The translations under genes were made by a program, and so were the position numbers. The notes under the pieces are model-generated. The model did no database searches. It was not told the DNA's origin and saw only the letters and a program-made list of their open reading frames with translations. A DNA stretch of 64,000 nucleotides from Candidatus Obscuribacteraceae bacterium (GTDB lineage: Bacteria; Cyanobacteriota; Vampirovibrionia; Obscuribacterales; Obscuribacteraceae): contig JBGAHS010000002.1 in NCBI GenBank assembly GCA_044226015.1, forward strand, positions 224,001 to 288,000. Direction: 5' to 3'. Shown one piece after another: positions 1 through 9,395 of the stretch (position 1 is its first letter; each line of letters opens with the position of its first letter).

Positions 1-2
1 AC

Positions 3-494
3 CCATTCCTATCTAACGGGCTGCCAGCATTTCTTACTTCAAATGGCGGAACAGAATCTGGATTTATGATTGCGCAGTACACGGCTGCGTCCCTCGTCTC
101 AGAGAACAAAGTGCTGGCACATCCAGCTAGCGTAGATTCAATTCCGACTTCCGCAAATCAGGAAGATCACGTTTCGATGGGTGCCTGCGCTGGCAGAAAA
201 GCAAGGATGATCTTAAACAATTGCCAAAACGTTCTTGCAATTGAATTGCTTTGCGCAGCGCAAGGATTAGACTTCAGAATGTCACCCGACCTGCCCGGAC
301 ATAGACATGAAGTGGAAAAGCCAGAACTCAGCCCAGGTCCAGCAGTTCTGGCAGCCTACAAAGCCATTCGTGAACAGATTCCATTTCTAGATCAGGACAG
401 AGAAATGTATCTGGATATTGCCAGCGCATTCGAATTAGTCAAAAACAAAACGCTGTTAAAAGCCGTTGAAAATGAAATTGGTCCATTAGACTAA
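3..494 (+). CDS. hutH: Histidine ammonia-lyase, C-terminal part (gene begins before window)
   Basis: Open frame from window start: NGLPAFL...[42 protein letters not shown], the typical HAL C-terminal signature. Confidence 0.92.
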   Translation, partial: PFLSNGLPAFLTSNGGTESGFMIAQYTAASLVSENKVLAHPASVDSIPTSANQEDHVSMGACAGRKARMILNNCQNVLAIELLCAAQGLDFRMSPDLPGHRHEVEKPELSPGPAVLAAYKAIREQIPFLDQDREMYLDIASAFELVKNKTLLKAVENEIGPLD

Positions 495-741
495 AACCGG
501 CAGCAGCAGCTGAATTAGAGCGCGGCAAAAATGCAATGAAGATAACGGTCATCGCAATCTTTCGCGAAACTTGCGGCACCTTTCTTCAAGCTTTCAGCAA
601 TCGCAATAAGTCTAAACGTTTTCAGATCACTTTTAATCCAGGCGCAAACGCTGATGAGCAGGCATTTTTATCAAGGCTAACCAGTTCGTTCACATAGGAT
701 TTCGCGGTGAGCACAACACCGTCGAACTTAACATTGTTAAC

Positions 742-2361
742 ATGGTAACAGTCCCCTATACAAAAAAATCTACTATGACAGAGATAACGAATTCCTCCGG
801 CAAATCACTGTTCATGAGAGACTTCCTCTCATCAGTTGTTGTTTTTCTGGTCGCACTTCCCCTCTGCATGGGTATTGCAATCGCATGCAACTTACCTCCA
901 GCGCTAGGTATTGTTAGCGGAATTGTCGGTGGCATAATTGTTGGTTCTTTAGCGGGAAGTCCGCTGCAGGTCACGGGCCCAGCGGCAGGGCTTGTCGTAA
1001 TCGTTTGCGATCTTATTAAAGAGCACGGGCTGGAAAAAGTCTTCTTCATCATTGCGCTTGCTGGTGTCATCCAATTCATAGCTGGTAGCTTGAAATTAGC
1101 CCAGTGGTTCAGAGCTGTTCCACCATCAGTAGTTAACGGCATGCTTTCTGGCATTGGTGTCCTCATCTTCGCTAGCCAGTTTCACGTGATGGTGGACGAC
1201 GCACCTAAAGGCAGCGGAATTAACAACCTGATTTCGATTCCTTTCGCAGTTTGGAAGGGCTTGGTTCCTAGCAGTGATGCCACAGCAGCGCACCACATCG
1301 CAGCACCGATTGGCGTGCTGACGATAGCAATAATATTGTTCTGGGAAAAGCTGGCACCAAAGAGGCTCAAAAGCATTCCTGCATCGCTGCTTGCAATCAC
1401 CACTGCAACTGTCGTGGCCACATTGATGCACTTGCCGGTCAAGCACGTGTCTTTGCCGGGAGATTTGACCGAAAACCTTTCGTTCATGCAATCATTTGAT
1501 ATGTCATGGCTAACACAAAAAGAACTGATTCTGGATGCACTGGGAATGGCACTGGTAGCGACCGCGGAGACGCTTTTGACAGCCACGGCGATAGACAAAA
1601 TGCACAAAGGGGCTCGCACCAATTACGATAAAGAACTCTGTGCGCAAGGAATTGGAAACTTCATCTGTGGATTTTTGGGCGCACTTCCTGTCACCGGAGT
1701 TCTGGTTCGAAGTGGCGTCAATGTTCGGTCCGGAGCTCAGTCACGTCTATCGACGATAATTCATGGTTTCTGGCTTTTGTTATTTGTTTCAGTTCTTCCA
1801 TTTGTCATACGACTCATTCCGCAATGCAGCCTGGCAGCACTGCTGGTCTACACCGGATTCAAGCTTGCCGATATAAAAGGATGGAAGCAGATAAAGATTT
1901 TTGGCAACAGCGAACTGGCAATCTATGCGCTTACGGTTATATCAATTGTCTGTATCGATCTGCTGACCGGGGTGTTGATTGGGGTGGCGGCGTCTATCGC
2001 TAAGATGCTCTATATTTTTTCGCAGCTTGATATTCAAGTCGAAGACGACGCGAATTCGCTGCGTACAGACATATACTTGAAGGGCGCAGGTACCTTTTTG
2101 AGCTTACCAAAAATTGCGGCTGCACTGGAGTCCGTCAGCCCGGAAAGAGAAATCAAAGTCCATCTAGAAGACCTTGAGTATGCGGACCACGCATGCATTG
2201 ATTTGTTCATGAACTGGAACAAACAGAGCCTGGCATTGGGCAGAAAAGTAATCATAGATTGGTCTGCTCTCGGACAAGCTTTCAAAGACAGCCAGCTCAA
2301 CAAGAGGGATGTGAAAACATCCGAGTTCAAGAAGGTTCTATCTAGCGCTGGTAAAGCATAA
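742..2361 (+). CDS. SulP/SLC26 family inorganic anion transporter with short STAS-like C-terminus (start may be 775)
   Basis: DFLSSVVVFLVALPLCMGIAIA, GSPLQVTGPAAGL, ELCAQGIGN, LPVTGVLVRS motifs; many TM helices; C-terminal LEYADHACID STAS-like segment. Confidence 0.9.
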   Translation: MVTVPYTKKSTMTEITNSSGKSLFMRDFLSSVVVFLVALPLCMGIAIACNLPPALGIVSGIVGGIIVGSLAGSPLQVTGPAAGLVVIVCDLIKEHGLEKVFFIIALAGVIQFIAGSLKLAQWFRAVPPSVVNGMLSGIGVLIFASQFHVMVDDAPKGSGINNLISIPFAVWKGLVPSSDATAAHHIAAPIGVLTIAIILFWEKLAPKRLKSIPASLLAITTATVVATLMHLPVKHVSLPGDLTENLSFMQSFDMSWLTQKELILDALGMALVATAETLLTATAIDKMHKGARTNYDKELCAQGIGNFICGFLGALPVTGVLVRSGVNVRSGAQSRLSTIIHGFWLLLFVSVLPFVIRLIPQCSLAALLVYTGFKLADIKGWKQIKIFGNSELAIYALTVISIVCIDLLTGVLIGVAASIAKMLYIFSQLDIQVEDDANSLRTDIYLKGAGTFLSLPKIAAALESVSPEREIKVHLEDLEYADHACIDLFMNWNKQSLALGRKVIIDWSALGQAFKDSQLNKRDVKTSEFKKVLSSAGKA

Positions 2362-2420
2362 GGGAACCTGCTTGTGCTGCTCAGCCAATTAGTCTCGGTC
2401 TAACTAATATCGAATGAAAC

Positions 2421-3731
2421 TTACGCAGGTTCGTCTTCCAAAATGGGACCTTCCTCGTTCATTCGCTGGCGCAAGGATCTCGAAAAATGGAAAGAAGAAA
2501 GAAAGTACTCACCATCGACATGTTTAATTGGATGGTTTCCTACTCGCGAACTTAGTGTTTCATCGAACGCTTTATTGCTCATCTTCAGGGGGTTAAACCA
2601 GTCAGAGACGAGTAAAAACGACCAGTCTCCAAAGAAGGAGGGAATCGACGCACTATAGCTATGAACCTCTGCGAATATGGATTTCAGAGTTCGTTTGATG
2701 AGTGCATGCGATTCATATTCGAGTTCACTAAGTTTCATCGCCTGCACTGTCATCAAAGCACCGGGAGCCAGGCGGGTTTTCAGCAACTGAAAGAACTGCT
2801 TGGTGTATAGCGCTCTTGCAGGACCCTCTATGTGAGAATCAAGTACATCAATAATCACAACATCATATTTATTTGCGTTGTTTTCGACATAAGCCCGACC
2901 ATCGGAGATGATCAAATTGACGCGAGGGTCGTTGAAGGCACCGCGATGCCAACTCTGCAAATGTTCTTTGCTTAGCTTGATTATAGACTCATCAAAATCG
3001 ACTACGGTTACAGTCTCGACTGTACGATGCTTGAGGGCTTCGCGCACTGAGGCGCCTTCACCAGCTCCAATGATCAATATTCGCCTGGGGTTCGGATGAA
3101 GCACCAGAGGTGGTTGCACAAGCATTTCGTGATAGAGCTGTTCATCAACCTCAGCGCTCTGCAAATCTCCGTCCAGAACCAGTATTCTGCCGTACTTGGG
3201 AGAGTCAGCAATCAGCACGCGCTGCTGCTCTGTCGCCCCAATATGTAAAAGCTTTTCAAAGCCACCATCGTTCTCCACGCAAACAGCTTCGTACGAGTCC
3301 TGATTCTTCTCGTGCCGCAAGAATATTCGAGAATCAACCGAAGCTGGCTCCAAATAATCGCGCATCTCCTTATCAAAAACTTCGGTCTGCGTGTCTTGCC
3401 CGCAGGTAAACAGGTCAACAAAACACGCCTTATGCTCCGGATAGGTGTGGACACTAGCGTGGCTTTCCTTGAGCAAAAACACTGCCGTCATTCCGCCATT
3501 ATTGAATGAATGGATCTCATCAGAAATAATCGTGGCACCGCTAGCCTTTATCGCCTCACGCATGACATCGAGCAAAGTCGCGTTTGTGAGCCTTTCAAAA
3601 TTGCAGTCGTTGTAGCTAGCAAAGAAATGACGCCCCCAGAAAGCATGGGAATTGGCTCTATCTTGGGATCCCGATTCATCCATATTAGACACTCTAACGC
3701 CAGCGGGCGGCTTGGAAAGCGACACAGTCAC
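2421..3731 (-). CDS. Fused pyruvoyl-dependent S-adenosylmethionine decarboxylase-family domain + polyamine aminopropyltransferase (SpeD-SpeE fusion)
   Basis: N-terminal LLKESHASVHTYPEH...VDLFTCG (SpeD self-cleavage motif); C-terminal YGRILVLDGDLQSAE.DE..YHEML, ILIIGAGEGA..RE.LKH, YDVVIID (SpeE fold). Confidence 0.9.
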   Translation of the reverse strand: MTVSLSKPPAGVRVSNMDESGSQDRANSHAFWGRHFFASYNDCNFERLTNATLLDVMREAIKASGATIISDEIHSFNNGGMTAVFLLKESHASVHTYPEHKACFVDLFTCGQDTQTEVFDKEMRDYLEPASVDSRIFLRHEKNQDSYEAVCVENDGGFEKLLHIGATEQQRVLIADSPKYGRILVLDGDLQSAEVDEQLYHEMLVQPPLVLHPNPRRILIIGAGEGASVREALKHRTVETVTVVDFDESIIKLSKEHLQSWHRGAFNDPRVNLIISDGRAYVENNANKYDVVIIDVLDSHIEGPARALYTKQFFQLLKTRLAPGALMTVQAMKLSELEYESHALIKRTLKSIFAEVHSYSASIPSFFGDWSFLLVSDWFNPLKMSNKAFDETLSSRVGNHPIKHVDGEYFLSSFHFSRSLRQRMNEEGPILEDEPA

Positions 3732-3862
3732 GACCTCTCATTTTAGTCTTGAAAGAAGTATAGAGGCGACTTGTAATTAAAACGTGATCCCTTTGAATAG
3801 GTTTGCAAGAGACAACCCACTTAGAAGCTGAGCTGAGCAAGTGTAGTAAGATAAAAATCAGT

Positions 3863-3934
3863 GGGCGATTGGCGCAGTGGTAGCGCAGTACTTTCACACG
3901 GTAAAGGTCGCAGGTTCGAATCCCGCATCGCCCA
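3863..3934 (+). tRNA. tRNA-Val (anticodon CAC)
   Basis: GGGCGAT/ATCGCCC acceptor stem, GCGC-AGTGGTA-GCGC D arm, loop TT-CAC-AC, GGTTCGAATCC T arm; CCA not encoded. Confidence 0.93.
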
Positions 3935-4046
3935 AACTTTTTTCGTTTGTCCGGCCAGTCATCATTGAAACCTATGAGGAGGCGCGAGGCTCTCCCCAGC
4001 TTTCACTTGCATTGAAATTTCCAGAAATACCAAAGCTAAAATGCAG

Positions 4047-4075
4047 TTGACACACATACATAAATATGGCACTAT
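4047..4075 (+). promoter_or_regulatory. Putative sigma70 promoter for the downstream structured RNA
   Basis: Perfect TTGACA (4047-4052), 17-bp spacer ending in TGG, then CACTAT (4070-4075), an extended -10-like element. Confidence 0.45.
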
Positions 4076-4092
4076 GTATATTGACCCATCGG

Positions 4093-4289
4093 CAGATGCT
4101 GAGACGGTCAATCCTTGAATTCGCTATAAAGAGCGGATCCGGGAGCAGAGGTCGACATGTGCCGCCTACTGGTGAATCATGTCGGGGATGGCCCCCCTCT
4201 GTTTTCCTGAGGTCCGCTAGCAGCGCAGGCGCCTGCCCGGCCGGCCGGATAGCCGATTCAGGTTTTCCGACCGTTCAGTGCGACTTCTG
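4093..4289 (+). ncRNA. Structured non-coding RNA candidate (long rod with branched apex; possibly 6S RNA)
   Basis: Nested stems CTGAGACGGTC/GACCGTTCAG, CTTGAATTCGCTAT/ATAGCCGATTCAGG, AGCGGATCCGGGAGCAGAGG/CCTCTGTTTTCCTGAGGTCCGCT, GACATG/CATGTC, GGGG/CCCC; several G-U pairs favour the + strand; GC-rich relative to flanks. Confidence 0.6.
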
Positions 4290-4539
4290 GATATGTCGTT
4301 CGCAAATGCTTCTCGAGCTGCGAAAAAATGGATCGCGGCGATAGCTCAGCGACGGCATCCAGTTCCACTGACCAGAACCAACCCGAAGCAATTCATCCAG
4401 GTGAGCAACACTCATCTCCTGGCGCATCAATTTTTGAACAGCACAACGAAGCGAACGACTCTTACGCCTAATCGGGCAACGATGCCCGCGGATACCTGCC
4501 ATGTTTTTATCGAACCCCAGACCTTAGCCGGAGCAATTA

Positions 4540-4743
4540 TTACACGACATTGAGGTATGTTTTACGCCTTCCAATTAGAGGAAGCATAAACTCTTGTTGA
4601 TCTTCGCTTGATGCCAACTTTATTTGACGATCTTGCTCAAGAATTTCTTGCATCTTCAATGCAATTTCTTGTGGCGCCAACCCTGACTGCGCGAGTTTGC
4701 GCAGCTTGTAGGAAATCATATTTTCGATTTGCATTGCGCTCAT
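4540..4743 (-). CDS. Small hypothetical protein (67 aa), translationally coupled to patA
   Basis: ATG overlaps the patA stop (ATGA); helical, protein-like composition. Confidence 0.6.
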   Translation of the reverse strand: MSAMQIENMISYKLRKLAQSGLAPQEIALKMQEILEQDRQIKLASSEDQQEFMLPLIGRRKTYLNVV

Positions 4744-6074
4744 TTCTTTTTGCTCTTCTTTTTGGATTTTTTGTCTTTCTCGGCCATTTCGGACAAAATG
4801 CCTTCGAGTGTGTCCACCATCAAATTGATTTGCGACTCAGTGATAATCAGTGGTGGCTCAATACGAATAGTTCTGTTTGAATTCATAGTTCCTGCAACCA
4901 GAACACCTCTATAGAACAGCTCTTCCTGCACCGCTTCACGAATCTCTTTTGACTGGAATTCCAACCCGATTAGCAGACCCCTGCCGCGACAGTCATAGAT
5001 ATATTTGGAATACTCTTCTTTGAGTTCTTCCAATCGACGCATAAAATAATTGCCCATAACGGCGGCTCTGGCAGGTAAGTGCTCATCAACAAGTACTTCA
5101 AGAGTTGCTGATGCAGCGGTACATGCTAGCGGGTTGCCACCAAAAGTCGAATTATGAATGCTTGGATTTGGTTCGAGAACCTTCCAAACTTTCTTGCTTG
5201 CAATAAACGCGCCGATTGGCATAACACCGCCACCGAGAGCTTTTGCAAGACACATAATGTCTGGAACCACACCTTCATGGTCGCAACAGAACATACGTCC
5301 AGTTCTTCCGAGCCCGGTTTGGACTTCGTCGAGAATAAGCAATACGCCTTTCTTCTTCGTCAACTGACGAACTTTACGCAAGTAACCAACTGGTGGCACA
5401 TTGATTCCACCTTCACCTTGAATTGGTTCGAGAATAACAGCTGCAGTATCTTTAGTGATTGCAGCTTCCATAGCTTCGATGTCGCCGAACGGAACATGTT
5501 TGAATCCATTCAAAAGTGGCTCAAACGGTTTACGGAAAACATCTCGCCCGGTTGCAGAAAGTGCACCCATGCTGACACCGTGATAGGCATTCTTTGTAGA
5601 AATGATTTCTGACTTGCCAGTTGCAAGCCTTGCAAGTTTCAAGGCACCCTCAACAGCTTCAGTACCGCTGTTGCAGAAGAAGCTATATTGCAAATCGCCA
5701 GGAGCCAGAGCTGCTAGCTGGCTAGCCAGATGAGCTGACCACGGATTGAGCAACTCCTGACTGTGCAAACAGACCTGGTCAAGCTGAGCTTTAACGGCTT
5801 CGATAACGCGTGGATGACGGTGTCCAACATTGAATATGCCGAATCCACCGAGACAGTCGAGGTATCGTTTACCGTGATTGTCGTAGGTGAACACGCCTGC
5901 ATCACGAAACTCGACTGCGCCTTCAGCACCAGCCAATTTTTTCGAGTATGCAGTGTTCAGGTGATTAATGGAATTTTCGAGACATTTTTCCGAGATGCGT
6001 TCGTAATGCTCTGGTCCATGATTGACCTGACGTGTAAATCGTTTAGTACTTTCTCTGCGTTTATAGACTGCCAT
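4740..6074 (-). CDS. patA: Putrescine aminotransferase (class III PLP aminotransferase, PatA/YgjG-like)
   Basis: DCLGGFGIFNVGHRHP, LHSQELL, YSFFCNSGTEAVE, DEVQTGLGRTG, DIMCLAKALGGG (PLP Lys), TFGGNPLAC, all closely resembling E. coli YgjG. Confidence 0.85.
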   Translation of the reverse strand: MAVYKRRESTKRFTRQVNHGPEHYERISEKCLENSINHLNTAYSKKLAGAEGAVEFRDAGVFTYDNHGKRYLDCLGGFGIFNVGHRHPRVIEAVKAQLDQVCLHSQELLNPWSAHLASQLAALAPGDLQYSFFCNSGTEAVEGALKLARLATGKSEIISTKNAYHGVSMGALSATGRDVFRKPFEPLLNGFKHVPFGDIEAMEAAITKDTAAVILEPIQGEGGINVPPVGYLRKVRQLTKKKGVLLILDEVQTGLGRTGRMFCCDHEGVVPDIMCLAKALGGGVMPIGAFIASKKVWKVLEPNPSIHNSTFGGNPLACTAASATLEVLVDEHLPARAAVMGNYFMRRLEELKEEYSKYIYDCRGRGLLIGLEFQSKEIREAVQEELFYRGVLVAGTMNSNRTIRIEPPLIITESQINLMVDTLEGILSEMAEKDKKSKKKSKKK

Positions 6075-7013
6075 GATGGCTCACCATTTCTAAGACTGTT
6101 GGAGTAATTACAGGAACACCACTGATGGTGCGCGTGCAGCCAACAAGAATCGACTCATGCCGTTGCGTGAGCCCTTTTTGGTAAATATTGACGCTATCTT
6201 TCACCCAATCGAAAGAGATGGCATCGATAAATTACGTTCAAACTTGCTAGCTGAACTATTCAGCTACTGCTAATGAAACTCTTGTGCGTTAGTCTTATTT
6301 TTCCGCATAAAATTCTTGCGCTGAATAACGTGCATTCGTCACGCATTCCTCGCTTTTTTCCTGTTTCTATATTACTAATGTACACCCGGTGCTCATTTGC
6401 GGGCAATGTGCACTGTGTCCAAAAAATAGCTCCAGAAATTCGCCACTCTGTCTAAGAACTTCTATGTACCGATTGATCTGGCTTTCGGGGAAACCTTGGC
6501 CCAGTATCAGTCCCGCCCCCCTTTACCCGCCAAAAGTCAAGAGAAAAGCAACCAGGGGATAATGAGCCGGTTTTCACGCGAATTAATGAGCCAGGTTCTG
6601 ATATAAGTTCCAGGAAAGCCGGTATTTTTCACTGTTTAGACGAAATCGTTAATAGAAACCCGCCAGGTCGGACAATATCTCTCCGGCTGTTTGAATCCTG
6701 TTTGATTCAAATTAAAGGAATTGGGGACGGAAATTGAGCTGGGAAGATAGAAGGTCTTTCCGAGGAACATTCGCCGACTATTGGCTATCTTCCTATCTGT
6801 AGAGGCGAACAGTCCCGCATTTTATCTGCCACAGCGCCAGATATATCCACTTGAAATACCCAGCACATCCCCGAGCTGCCACTAAATTAGCGCTCTTTAG
6901 CTAAAAATCGATTCATAGATAGGCTCTGCACTCAGCCAAAACACCTTTATATCGAGCATAATTGAAAGCGACCTTGCTTCCTTATTAAGGAAGGCAGAAC
7001 AAGAACCAGGAGA

Positions 7014-9308
7014 ATGACATTGAAGCGGCTGCTCTTATCACTGGCTATCACTTTGCCCCTTTTGGCTGGCGCCAATGCGAGTCCTGGCGTAGCTGGGTCG
7101 TTGATGCCAAAGAACCTGCTGGACAAATATTATCAAGGGGTGAGCTATTTCAAAGCTGGCGACCTCGAAAGAGCCATCCTGGAATTTAAGACAGTGTCCA
7201 TGAGCATGCCCGAGGATCCACTGATTCACATAAGCCTGGCAGCGGCTCTGCAACAACATGGCGACACCGATGACGCAATCGCTGAATACAAGAGAGCTGT
7301 CCAATTGCGCCCTTACGATGCATTCGCCAGAGAGAGCCTCGGCTTACTTCTGCAATCTCAAGGACGACTGAATGACGCTGTAGATCAATATTCAGAGGCA
7401 GTAAAGCTGCGCCCAGATGTTCCTCTACTGAGGCTAAATCTGGGGATCGGTCTGCGTGTTTTGACAAAATTCGACGATGCAATCGCACAATTGCAGCAGG
7501 TTGTTCAAGCTTATCCCGACAACTTGAAAGCCCGTTCGCAGCTAGCAGCTTCGTACCAGGACAAGGGTCTTTACCAGCAAGCTATCAATGAATATCAACA
7601 GATTTTGGTGCATGAACCAAAGAATTTCTCGGTTCACTACAACATCGCATCAAATATGATGGCATTGAAGGACTTTCCAAACGCCACCATAGAACTCAGG
7701 AAAGCGATTGCTATCGATTCCACAGTTGCAGAGACACATGCAGATTTAGCAAAAGCCTTGATAGCACAGAATGCTGTCAAAGAGGCAACCGAGTCACTTA
7801 AGAGCGCTATTGCTATAAAGAATGACAGAGCTGAATGGCATGCTATGTTAGGCGGACTGCTGCTCAAACAAAAGGACGTGGCAGGTGCAGGCACTGAATT
7901 TCAAACAGCTGTCAGAATAGACCCGAACGACATGAATAGCTTGTACAGTTTGGGGTATGTGCAACAGCTCGCAGGAAACTTCGGCGATGCATCAAACTGC
8001 TACACGAAAGTAATCAAAGCCAATCCTAAAAATGAAGCGGCGCACTATAACCTTGGGATTGTCAGACAAATTCAAAAAGACTTCAGTGGCGCAGAAACTG
8101 AATTCAAAACAGCTATTTCGCTGAATCCAGAAGATGGCGCTGCCATGATCAACCTTGGTCGAACCTATTTAATGCAGAACAATTATGCTCCTGCAATTGA
8201 ATATTACCGACAAGGACTCAGTATTGACTCTAAAGATAGTTCGGCGTTTATTGAGCTTTCAAAAGCTCTTGCCAAAACCAAAGACTTAACAGGAGCACGC
8301 TCAGCACTGGATTCTGCTCTTGCGCTCAACCCTGAAAATAAGCAAGCGCTTATGGCTATTGCCGAACTCGACGAAGAGGGAAACAACTACGTTGGCGCAG
8401 AAGCAGTCTGGCGTAAGTTGAGAAACGACTATCCGCAAGATCTCGAAATCATAGAGCAATTGGCGGACAATCTCGACTCACAAAATAAGAGCGAAGAGTC
8501 AATTTCCCTGTATCAAAGGCTCGTGCAATTAAAGCCACGAGACCCTGACGCATTCAACTCACTCGGACTGGCGCTACAAAAGCACAACGATATAACTGCT
8601 GCGGTTGCTATGTTCAAGAAAGCGCTTGACCTTAATCCGAATTACGCAGACCCGCACGTTAACATCGGCAATGTCTACCTGGCACAACAAAATTACGCTG
8701 AAGCTGTGCGCGAATATCAGCAAGCAGTAACTTTGACCCCGCAAAGTACTATGGCGCATTACAATTTGGGTTTGGCTCTGCTCGGAGCCAATGACCTCCC
8801 CGGCGCGCAGGAGGAGTACAAGAAAGCAATTGCAATCGATGCAAATTACTCAGCGGCATATTACGCACTCGGTCTTCTCTATATGAGAGAAGAGAATAAC
8901 CAGGACGCAATCGGAGCCTTTGAGAAGTACCTGGCGATTGCACCTGCTGGTCCCTACAGCGATCAAAGTAAAGAGAACCTGGCGAAGCTGAAACCGCCTA
9001 CTCCAGAAACGCAGCAAAATGTGCCATACATGACAAATACGGCTCCTCCGACGGCGCCTGATGGAACGGCTCAATACACTGCACCAGTTAACCCTCCTGT
9101 AAATCAAACAGCACCCGTGCAAAATGCGGCTCCGCTGACGCCACCCGTGTCGAATCAGCCCCCTGATTTCGTGCCACCGCAGGCGCCACCACAAGCAGCT
9201 CCGCAGGGGCAAGGACAAACGGCGCAAGACTCTGACATTCCGCAATTGAGAAATATGGAAAACGCACCGGCGCCAATTCAATCTGGCAATGGTGGCAACT
9301 TCAATTAA
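7014..9308 (+). CDS. Secreted tetratricopeptide-repeat protein with Pro/Gln-rich C-terminal tail
   Basis: Signal peptide; long run of 34-aa TPRs (AHYNLG, AIALNP-type motifs); low-complexity tail. Confidence 0.9.
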   Translation: MTLKRLLLSLAITLPLLAGANASPGVAGSLMPKNLLDKYYQGVSYFKAGDLERAILEFKTVSMSMPEDPLIHISLAAALQQHGDTDDAIAEYKRAVQLRPYDAFARESLGLLLQSQGRLNDAVDQYSEAVKLRPDVPLLRLNLGIGLRVLTKFDDAIAQLQQVVQAYPDNLKARSQLAASYQDKGLYQQAINEYQQILVHEPKNFSVHYNIASNMMALKDFPNATIELRKAIAIDSTVAETHADLAKALIAQNAVKEATESLKSAIAIKNDRAEWHAMLGGLLLKQKDVAGAGTEFQTAVRIDPNDMNSLYSLGYVQQLAGNFGDASNCYTKVIKANPKNEAAHYNLGIVRQIQKDFSGAETEFKTAISLNPEDGAAMINLGRTYLMQNNYAPAIEYYRQGLSIDSKDSSAFIELSKALAKTKDLTGARSALDSALALNPENKQALMAIAELDEEGNNYVGAEAVWRKLRNDYPQDLEIIEQLADNLDSQNKSEESISLYQRLVQLKPRDPDAFNSLGLALQKHNDITAAVAMFKKALDLNPNYADPHVNIGNVYLAQQNYAEAVREYQQAVTLTPQSTMAHYNLGLALLGANDLPGAQEEYKKAIAIDANYSAAYYALGLLYMREENNQDAIGAFEKYLAIAPAGPYSDQSKENLAKLKPPTPETQQNVPYMTNTAPPTAPDGTAQYTAPVNPPVNQTAPVQNAAPLTPPVSNQPPDFVPPQAPPQAAPQGQGQTAQDSDIPQLRNMENAPAPIQSGNGGNFN

Positions 9309-9341
9309 ATCGGGGACTCAAAGAGTCCGATATTGATTTTT
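9309..9341 (+). terminator. Probable intrinsic terminator
   Basis: GGACTC-AAA-GAGTCC hairpin just after the stop, then a T-rich tract. Confidence 0.45.
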
Positions 9342-9395
9342 CTAAAAGTAGTAAAGAAGTTATGATACGGCTGGCACTAGCTGCGGTACCAGATT

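Noticed and set aside
4171..4200. SRP RNA (GTGAATCATGTC resembles the Bacillus scRNA helix-8 entry)
   Set aside because: The conserved CAGG...GGAA...GCAG helix-8 motif is absent.
4328..4471. tmRNA tag-like ending (…EANDSYA*) in a 47-codon ORF
   Set aside because: No tRNA-like domain (no T-arm or acceptor ends) around it; likely coincidence.
4066..4553. ORFs 4066-4344, 4275-4502 and 4278-4553 as proteins
   Set aside because: No clear RBS or recognisable motifs; the overlap with the structured RNA better explains the GC-rich part.
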